A stretch of 63,199 nt of DNA, the filler included, from Conidiobolus incongruus B7586 (taxonomy: Eukaryota), in the NCBI GenBank assembly GCA_000697335.1. It is 11 parts of 11 records of this genome, joined end to end, with 100 filler letters (N's around TTAATTAATTAA, not from the genome) between each part and the next. Parts side by side here need not be neighbours in the genome. Positions count along the whole stretch, not along the records: positions 50,867 to 56,367 come from JNEM01000259.1; positions 56,468 to 59,917 come from JNEM01000260.1; positions 60,018 to 63,199 come from JNEM01000262.1; 8 more parts are not named here. One strand, given 5' to 3'. Both the position numbers and the translations under genes were made by a program. Within the stretch, counting starts at the first letter, position 1. Each line of letters opens with the position of its first letter. A model generated the notes under the pieces. It made no database searches. It saw only the letters and a program-made list of their open reading frames with translations, and was not told the DNA's origin. This document shows positions 54,081-63,199 of the stretch, piece after piece.

Positions 54081-54188
54081 TGATTCAATTTGGTCCCTTT
54101 TATACCCTCTGAAACCCATGACGTTCTAGTTTCTTAGTCACATTGACGCAGTCCATATAATTAGGATTTGTATTGGTGTCACGTGAAC
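54081..54188 (-). promoter_or_regulatory. Promoter of the CM/PDT gene with TATA box and clustered bZIP/bHLH-like sites
   Basis: TATAAAAG (54097-54104, minus strand), TGATTCA 54081-54087, TGACGT about 54119, TGACTAA (54134-54140, minus strand), TGACGCA 54144 and CACGTG about 54180. Confidence 0.5.
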
Positions 54189-56367
54189 TTTCTACAATTG
54201 ATTTTTTGATCATATTTTTAAAAAACTACTATGTGATGATTTGTATATCAGGCAATTTATAAATGAGAATTTCAGATATTTTAGATTAAAACTCTCACCA
54301 ACTTTGATAATAATCTAATATATATTAAAACATTAAATAATATATTATTTCCAATCAAGTATAATTAATCTGGATTAATAAATTGATTCAATATCATTAT
54401 TAATGAAATGATCAAATAAAAGCAGAACGGCGTTGCACAATTTTATCAGATTTTTATAGTAATATTTTTTTAATATGAAAATTGACCAATTAAGAAATAA
54501 AAACTGTGATGAATTAAATATTTTAACACATAGTTGAATAATATTTGAAATCTAAATGATTTCTATTAAGTTTAATAAAGATAATAAAATTGATTTCTAA
54601 AATGAAAAAAAATAATTAATAATTCTATACAACAAACAATATAATTTATTCAAATTATTTATTTATTTTTTTATCTAATATTAAATAATGAAATTATAAT
54701 GTAAATCGATTGTTCACTATTGATAAACTCTCAAACTATCAAAAGTATTCAATATTTAAAAAAACATTGTAAATTGGGATACTATGAACATAAGTTACTT
54801 TATATAGTAATAATCGTTCAATTAAATGAGTCATTCTAAATCAATTTAGTTTGAGAAAAAAAGGATATTAGATCATGTATCAGAATAATTCCAAATTGGT
54901 TATATATAGTTCTACTTATTGTTATATCATATTTTATTCAATTTAATATTATTTTATATTAACTTCAGTTGAATTAATATTGTTTAAATAATTCAAACTA
55001 TCTGATTTGACCTTCTTTAGATAAATAAGTAATTATTTAATATTAATATATTATTTCAAATTTTGAAGTTTAAAATACAATAAAATATTTTTAGTCAGAT
55101 TAAGGCATATATGAAATTTTATCGTTTGATCATAGAGAAATGATTGTTTATGCATATTTTTCATTATATCAAATTTATAGTATACCTTATGTTTTAATTT
55201 TTTGCGATATCAGTAAAATTATATTTCAACATGAAATAGCGTTTAATTTTTATACAATAATATCATACAGGTTGATTCGGGAAAAGTAGACCCTGATCAA
55301 TTATTAACCTTTGAGCCACAGTTTCCTTTGAAATCTTAAGTTTTATTATTCTAAATTAAATTATTGTTAGTTAATTTTTAGCTTTAGACAATTAATAGAA
55401 ATTCATTAAATTTAATATAATAATATGAATGCTAGTTGTGTAAGGCGAATGTTTTGAATTATAATTATTTTTTAAACGATCTACAGAGGGTGATTTCAAT
55501 TGATCTATATATGATTTATAAAATAAACGATAATGTTAGTTATCATAATATAAAAAGAATTCATTAATATTAACTACTACTCAAATTATGTATATTATTG
55601 ATTGAAAAAGGTTGTTAAATTAAATAATATTGCAACTATTTTACCTTTACTCTTGAAATTATTTAATGACAGATTTTTTTAAAAACCAATTTGAATTTAA
55701 TACAAAAATTAAATATATAAAAATAAAAAATTATTAAACCAATACCCTCCTTTATTATTTATAACTTTTTGTTATATTTATAGCAAGCTGTTAACACCTA
55801 AAAAATAGTTCTTTTAATTAAGGACTGAAAGTGAATATTTCATAAGTTAATTTAATTTATTTATTGAAACTTTTATTTTTTATAATAACTTTTGATTAAA
55901 TAATAAGATTATAATTGCTTAGGGTGTAATTTAGTGAATATACTAGATATGTTACCCCTTTTAAATTATTTCTATTTTAGAAATTTTTTTATATCTTTAG
56001 ATAAATAGATTATATAATTTTATAAAAAATAATTAAAATTTCAAATTTAAATAAAAAAAATCTATTTAGAAATATTTATATTAGAAAAATATAAACCTTA
56101 TTATTAGTTTATTTTTCCTTTAAGACACTAAATATAAATAGCATATTATATTATAATTTATTGAAATAGTTAGTCTTTATTTCAATTGAAATTCTTTTTT
56201 TAAAATATATTAATAATTTCTTTTAGTTTAATCAAGAATTTTGTTTTTTTGTTATATAATTATATAAAATAATTATTATTTATATAATTAAATATTTTAA
56301 TTTAGATTTTTCAGTTTTTATATATATTAACATATTTTATTTAGCTATAACTATGTTAAATTTCTTT

Positions 56368-56467
56368 NNNNNNNNNNNNNNNNNNNNNNNNNNNNNNNNN
56401 NNNNNNNNNNNTTAATTAATTAANNNNNNNNNNNNNNNNNNNNNNNNNNNNNNNNNNNNNNNNNNNN
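56368..56467. other. Artificial contig linker / gap
   Basis: Same 100-bp spacer. Confidence 0.97.
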
Positions 56468-58977
56468 TATTTTATCGTATCAATTTATAATATAATAAGA
56501 AATTATTATTGGTGTAACAAAGGAAATTATTAATATAAGTAATTAAATTTAATATTATTATATTTTAATTAACTATCAATTATATATAAACTTAGAATAA
56601 TTAATTATACCTATATTAATAAATATAAAAGATATAAAGCAATTAATATTTTTAAATATAAATAAGTTATATTGAATTTATAATATTAAAATTCAAATAA
56701 GTTTAAAATTTTTAATATTAGTTTAGAATTTTTAAAATAATTTAAAATGAATTTATATTAACTTATTTGCTATATTTGCCTTTTTAAACAATAATACCAA
56801 ATAATTTCTAACTTTGTAATAAATTATAAATAGATAATATATTTTTATTTCAATACAATATTATTTTCATAGTAAATATAAAATATTTATAGTTGAATTA
56901 TATATTTCAAAAAAGTAAGTTTGAATGATACGTAATTGAAAATATATAGAAATATTTTTATATATTAAATAAATCTAAGGTAGATTTTGTCCTTAAAAAC
57001 AGATCTATATTACAAAAATTTTCCAAAATAAATATTTTATTTTTATTACTCATTTTATTACTATAAATATAATATTAATAAATTAAGAATTATATTTCTA
57101 AAACGATAATTTTCTATTAAAGTTATTGTTTGTTTAAATATTTTTTGGTTAAAGTAAATTAAAATATAAATATATTACAACCAATGTAAAAATTTAAAAT
57201 AATCAAATAAAGATCAAGACTATAATGTAGATAGGATACAATTAGTTGATTATATTATATTTTCCTAATTTTATAATTTTTATGAGAAAATAATATATTT
57301 ATTTTATTCAGTTAATAACTAGCATTTATTGGTTGATCATATATTATATATTTGAAAAGTGATAAAATATTTTATATTAGCTTAATGATAAGTATTAGTT
57401 TTACTATTTAAAAATAGATTGCATTCAAGAAATCATTTTCCTATCGCTATTCTATAAATAGTCGTATATCAACCAATAATTTTAATATCATTATTAAGCT
57501 TTATCAATTGTTTATTTTTAGAAGATTTGGTTTTAAATATGCATAACAAATAGAAATTAAATTTAAAATCCAACTACTTAAAATGATATGAAGGAAATTA
57601 AGGATAATTAAATATTGTCAAATTCACTGGTGAATTTAATCGTTTTAAATTAATTTTAAATTTCTTTAGGATTAATTTTTAAAAACTGTACTTTCAATAA
57701 ATTACTGATAATTTAAAATACTATTGATAGAATATTTGTATATTGTTAACATATTTGGTAATGTGAATTTACTGAAATAAATTAAATTTGCTCTATCCTT
57801 TAATAAAAAATCAAATTTATAAATGTCACTTCAGTGAATATAAGAAATCATATAACTATTATTATTTTAGAGTGAATTTATATTTATCTAGTAAAACAAC
57901 GAATTACAAATCTAATAATAAATCATGTTAATGTAAATTGTAATAAATTACTTATTTTAAAAATATTTAATTCTATAATAAAAGAAAACAAACGTGTAAG
58001 AAAATTTTATATAATCAGTAATATTATAATTCCATTTAATATGAAATTTATTTTAATAATTGGCATGGTTTCAAAAATATCCTTATATGTATATTAATGC
58101 AAGGTTGAACCAATTTTTCTTATACACTTGCTTTATATAGAGAATTAAATTAATTATTAGATCACTATTGAAAAATCAGCAACTGTAAATTATTAACTAA
58201 TTTGGCAAATTTTAATACTTATAATATATATTATCCCATTTAGTTTTGTCTTAGTTAATTATTTAACATTAATTGAACGTTTTTGTTAACTTTCTTATAT
58301 ATTATTAATAGCTAAAATTAAATAAAATGATTATAATAATACCAAAGTCATTTTAAATAGATAAAATATTGTAAACCTTAAATGGATATAATTTCATTTA
58401 TTTTGACTTTGAAATCTGAATTCCATCATAATAAAGATTATAAAAATAAAAATAATATGGGCATAGGAAATCTGTACAAATAATTCATCTAGCTTCAGCT
58501 TAAAAAGTCAGCATCAACATTTTCTTAATTCTAATTTTGATTTATAGCTTTAATAATTCGTCTAAAAAACTAGAATATTTGCAGTTTGAAAATCATTATA
58601 TGATTTTTAAGTTTGATATTAAATTTTATATTTCTTAATAATATAGCAGATATAATATTGTAGGGTTATATAAAGGTAAATTTAGAATTGAAATTTAATA
58701 ATAAATATATCTACTTTATTTTTGAAAAACAATATTAATTGAATATTTATTGATTTTATATATATAATGAAGATGTTTTATTATAATTATTTCCAATTAT
58801 TATTTTATTTTATTTTTATACACTAAAATTTTTTAAAACTTCAACTTCCAAGTATACATTGACTAAATAAATTTAAATATATTTACAATTTGCATGAAAA
58901 TATTTGTTTAAAAATTGTATATATAAACTATAGTTGTATATTGAATAGGATATCATCAAATGAGAATTTAGCCTCAA

Positions 58978-59316
58978 ATGTTGAAATTTAAGTTTTTATC
59001 AATTATACCATTTATTTCAGCTTTGTTAGCTCAAGACTCTGACTGTCCTGATTACGGAGTTAAAAAGCTTGGATACCTAGCTGAAGTTGATGCAAACGCA
59101 GTTTTGTGTTACAACCAAGATGATAACTACTGTCCAATCGAATTAGAAACCCCTCCTCCGTATTTTACAAAACAAGAATGTAAGTTTACTCATGAAGAAA
59201 CATCTGAAGATGGTCGAGTCACTCGAGTATACAAATGCGCATTGTATTCACAGTTGGATGATTTTAAAGCAGATATGGAATCTAAAGGTTGGAAATGTTA
59301 TCGTAGAATGCCCTAA
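58978..59316 (+). CDS. Small secreted cysteine-rich protein of unknown function, 112 aa
   Basis: Signal peptide (MLKFKFLSIIPFISALLA/Q), six Cys, coding-like GC in an AT-rich background and TATATAAA about 55 bp upstream. Confidence 0.78.
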   Translation: MLKFKFLSIIPFISALLAQDSDCPDYGVKKLGYLAEVDANAVLCYNQDDNYCPIELETPPPYFTKQECKFTHEETSEDGRVTRVYKCALYSQLDDFKADMESKGWKCYRRMP

Positions 59317-59917
59317 TTCAATGATAATAATAACTCTTGGATTGTTCTATTCATTTGATAATAAACATATTGTTGTAAAACTCCATCGTATATAGTTCTA
59401 TAGGTTTCAGAATGGTGAAAATTGATATTGGGATTGTTGTCGTTGAAAGTCATTCTTTCAGATAAAAAATTGTCAGATTTGGTTATGAGTGAATTGTAAA
59501 ATTATTATAAAACTAAGAGAGCTGTTTTTATTGCTCTGAGAAATTAATATACTTATATTATAAAAATGTAATTAAAATATCAGTTTCATTTATCAAAATA
59601 TCATTTATTATCAAAATCATATTTAATATCATGATTCATATATATAACATATATATTAGCCTTGAATTATTTTTTTAATATAAATATAGTAATTATACAT
59701 ATATTAAATATTTTTTAATATATTCAAAATTATGATTAAATCAATTAATAATAAAAACATATATTTTAAATTAATGTCATATATTTGAATATTTAAATTG
59801 TAAATTAATAAAATTCAAATTATAAATAAATTAAGTAAAATTTATAATAAATATATTTTGATATCATTAAATATAATAAATTATATATATATATCTGAAT
59901 TAATCTTATATAATATT

Positions 59918-60017
59918 NNNNNNNNNNNNNNNNNNNNNNNNNNNNNNNNNNNNNNNNNNNNTTAATTAATTAANNNNNNNNNNNNNNNNNNNNNNNNNNN
60001 NNNNNNNNNNNNNNNNN
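59918..60017. other. Artificial contig linker / gap
   Basis: Same 100-bp spacer. Confidence 0.97.
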
Positions 60018-60849
60018 ATAAAATTAGGTAAATTTTGAAAATTTAATAAAATTCAATATAAATAAATATAGCAAAAAAATAATATAATAATAGTAATTAT
60101 TTTTTAAAATATTCCAATAATATCTTTTATTATAAATAGTTATTATTTAAATTATCATAATTATATCATCTTATATTTAATGAATTAATAAGATAAAATA
60201 ATAAAAATTCTTAGAAAAAAAACTTTTATAATTTTAGCTATATTATAAAAAAAGGCTATATATAGTAATTAATTTATTTATTTGAATTTTTTATACGAAA
60301 AAATAAAATTGGTTTGCTATCAAAATAAAATATAATATATATATAATCTATTATTTTATTATTAATCCATTGAATATAATATTATTAATGTTTTACAAAT
60401 ATTACTTTATTATATAACTTAACTATATTTTTTTATTTTTTTAAAAAAATATAATCTATTATGAATTGCTATTTTATTAGTAAATATATTATTATTTGAT
60501 AATGTTCTTAATAATTATAATATTATTTAATTAAATTTAATAAACTTATTTAAATTTATCCTATTTTTTTAATTTTCAATTTGACTAATTTTGGTTTTAG
60601 AAAATATTAGTCACCTAGCCAAAAAAATCAAAAAGATTAATTATAAAAAAATAACTTATTGATTTTTTTAATTTATGAAATCAACTATTTTCTCTTACAA
60701 ACTATCAAAATAAGGTTAATGGTTTATTATTATATTTCACAATATTATAACTTTATTTTATATTAATTGATTTTTATTTTACATTAAATATCATATAAAT
60801 CTATTAGTAAAAACATTACTTTTAAGCTTTATCTTGTTTTTTTTCTTTT

Positions 60850-61542
60850 ATGCCATTTATTATTAATATTAGTAACAATAATAAAGACTCCCTTGAACTA
60901 TATTTGATAAAAGCTATACTTAGTTGGTTAAGGCAAAAGAAAAACTATGAATTTTAGTATTTTAACAAGTTAAATGCTTCTTTTCAAATATATTATTTTA
61001 TCACTATTTTAGAAGGAATAGATATTATAAAGTTAAGAAAAAAGCTTGATAAAATATTTAATCATGTAAGAACCCTTATTTACAAATTTAAAACTGCTGA
61101 ACAAATTCTAACAAGTAAATAAAATAATAGAAATAACCCTTTATTTATAATAATTAATATTTTTATAACATAAGATAATTTAATTTTTAAAACCTCTAAT
61201 ATAATTCCCATAGCTTTTTTATCATATAACTAATCTTATTTTGAGGAATTAAATCTTTTAAACAATAAATAAAATAGTAGTAACTCTTATATTTCATTAT
61301 CCTTTTTAAGTAAAAATTTTAAAAATATAAGAAATAATAAAAAAAGAAGGAATAATACCTAATTTTCCTTCTTTTTTAAAGTTATGAAAGAAAATATATA
61401 AGAGCAAAATGAAATCTTAAGACAAAAAATTAAGCTAGAATAATTATAAAGAGAATATTAGTTATAATTATTAAAACAACAATAATTTCTAATTAAAAAA
61501 CTTTTATAATTAATAAAGAGAAATTTTGATAAGAGTAATTAG
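60850..61542 (+). pseudogene. Harbinger accessory ORF (probable Myb/SANT-like N-terminus, C-terminal coiled coil), inactivated by point mutations
   Basis: 231 codons in one frame from ATG to TAG with 13 internal stops, all TAA/TAG. Read as Gln, the C-terminal ones give ENIQEQNEILRQKIKLEQLQREYQLQLLKQQQ. The Myb/SANT assignment is inferred. Confidence 0.7.
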
Positions 61543-61629
61543 TTTATATAATCTTTATTATAAAACAGAATATAATCGAAAGAATATTTTTAAAATAATC
61601 AACAAAATATTAATTTATAATAATATCAC

Positions 61630-62860
61630 TACTTATGATTTATTTAAATTAATAAAGTTATTATATATATTGATTATATTTTGCTTATTATCATTAATAT
61701 TAATATTTTTATTAATTTCTTTTTTAGTTCCTTTTTCTAAATTATAATCTTTTTTATTAAAAAAATAAAGTTATAAATAAAAATATTTATATATATAAGT
61801 ATAATAACAAATTGATAAGTTTTTGCATTTTATATATAATAAAGTAATAATCTTAAATAAAGAAAAATAACTTTCCAAATACCAAAAGTGTTTTTTATTA
61901 TAAATTATCTTCTATTATATATAATATTAATTTCTTTTATTTTTTACTTTATAAGGGATAAAATAACTTTAATTTAATTTCTTTGAATTAGAGTAATTAT
62001 AAATATATTATTAATATAACTTATTAAAAACAAAAATTAAATAGAGATATCCATTTATTATTATTAATAAATTAACTTATATATGAAATAATTATATTAT
62101 TTACTATTATTTGCAAGAATATATTCCCTTTGTTTAAAGTATTTATTTGATTTATTGAATAATTTAAATATTTTTAAAATATCAGAGTTATGATATAATT
62201 TAGGTTTTCTAAACTTAAAATATATAAATTTATTTAAAAATAATATAATCACGATATATTAAAAGCTATATATGTTTTTTCTATTATAATATAACTTGGT
62301 ATAAAATATAAAATAATTTTAAATATAATATAATTACTATTTAAATAACCAATATAGTTATTAAAAGGGAGTAGTTTTAAATAAGATTCCTCTATATTAT
62401 GATTATATTCTAGCTAAATTATTTGATTATTTAATTTCTCTTTAATAAAGTATATTATCTTTTTAATATATAAAATAATAATTCCTTCTTTTATTCAGAA
62501 TTTTTCTACTATATCTGTTAAATATGTTTTTTTGTAACCTAGTTAGTAAAAAGTAATAATTAATTGAATCTCTAAATATATTTGTTTTTTTTTGATAAGA
62601 AGAAATAAAATTTATATATAATTGTAAAATATTAGTAAATTAAAAAAACTTAGCTTTTGATATCTTTATTTATCTTTTAAAATCATTTTCTTCAGAAAGA
62701 AATTTATATATAGATTATTATAATAAATATGATATATATAGCAAATGTGGAGATATATATCTTAAGGTTTTTAATTTATATAATAATCTTAAAATTGCTG
62801 GATAATTTAAGTTTTCATCAAAGTTAACCATTCCAAGGGTAATAAGGAATTCTATCATTT
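61630..62860 (-). pseudogene. Harbinger (DDE_Tnp_4-type) transposase, inactivated by C>T/G>A transitions; one probable intron near 62050-62104; ends approximate
   Basis: Ordered motifs, observed (reverted): LEIQLIITFY*LG (YRLG), II*L (I.WP), NYIGYLNSNYI (NCIGYLDG.HI), YYNRKNIYS, RKPKLYHNS (GKPGSCHDS), YILAN (YILAD), KNTFGIWK (ENTFGIWK), IYNFI (.HNF). Confidence 0.87.
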
Positions 62861-63199
62861 TTATTATGCTAGATATAATAAAAAAAATAAAACTAATAAG
62901 ATTATTTCAATAAATACTCTATATTTTTTAATTTGAGAAAAGGAATACTTGAAAAACTTTACTATGATCATAATTATTTTAGAGTAGATTATAGGAAAAA
63001 ATCATTGAATTTTTTTTAAATTATATTTAAGCATATTTTTAACATTTATCAAAAAAACTAGGAAAATCAATAATTAGGATAAATTTGAGTTAGCCTAATA
63101 TAAAGTATTTTTTTGATTTTTTAATTAAATATAATAATTATATAATATAATTCTTAATTTTATTTAAACTTTATTAGTTAATTATAAAATAAATATAAT

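Larger units (their letters stand above)
60850..62860. mobile_element. Hypermutated PIF/Harbinger DNA transposon with two convergent ORFs; termini not located
   Basis: A plus-strand accessory ORF and a minus-strand DDE transposase lie tail-to-tail; two-ORF organisation is typical of PIF/Harbinger. Confidence 0.85.

Noticed and set aside
6972..60017. Regularly recurring TTAATTAATTAA palindrome as a biological repeat, CRISPR-like array or chromosome-breakage signal
   Set aside because: It is always embedded in exactly 44+44 N; this is an assembly spacer with six-frame stops.
60850..61542. Alternative genetic code (TAA/TAG = Gln) explaining the in-frame stops
   Set aside because: Host genes in the window end in TAA/TAG and have no internal stops. 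The same element also shows Asp>Asn, His>Tyr and Gly>Arg/Ser changes, which indicates mutation rather than recoding.
1..63199. Ciliate-like gene-sized nanochromosomes
   Set aside because: No telomeric repeats at contig ends; the ends are AT-rich degraded repeats, and the genes look fungal with the standard code.

Overview
This is very AT-rich eukaryotic DNA with short GT-AG introns, most likely from an early-diverging fungus. The Conidiobolus/Entomophthoromycota-like assignment is an inference from gene content and is not proven. The window is not contiguous: 11 contigs of about 3-7 kb are joined by ten artificial 100-bp linkers (44 N + TTAATTAATTAA + 44 N), so adjacency across linkers is not evidence of linkage. 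Most contigs carry one gene: an MFS/DHA2 transporter with a tandem pseudogene, indoleamine 2,3-dioxygenase, a BED-finger hAT-derived protein, a bacterial-type expansin, a group-I G-alpha, an RFC small subunit, a class-A-like GPCR, a bacterial-type bifunctional chorismate mutase/prephenate dehydratase (with a degenerate tRNA-Ser(GCT) on the same contig) and a small secreted Cys-rich protein. The main finding lies in the apparently empty AT-rich contig ends. Hand translation reveals a two-ORF PIF/Harbinger element and two DD34D-type mariner transposase remnants. Their frames are largely preserved, but conserved motifs are overwritten almost only by C>T/G>A transitions, mostly CpA>TpA and TpG>TpA. 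This is the signature of repeat-induced point mutation (RIP), a defence established in Dikarya, and it appears to leak into the adjacent pseudogene while short LTR-like islands escape.
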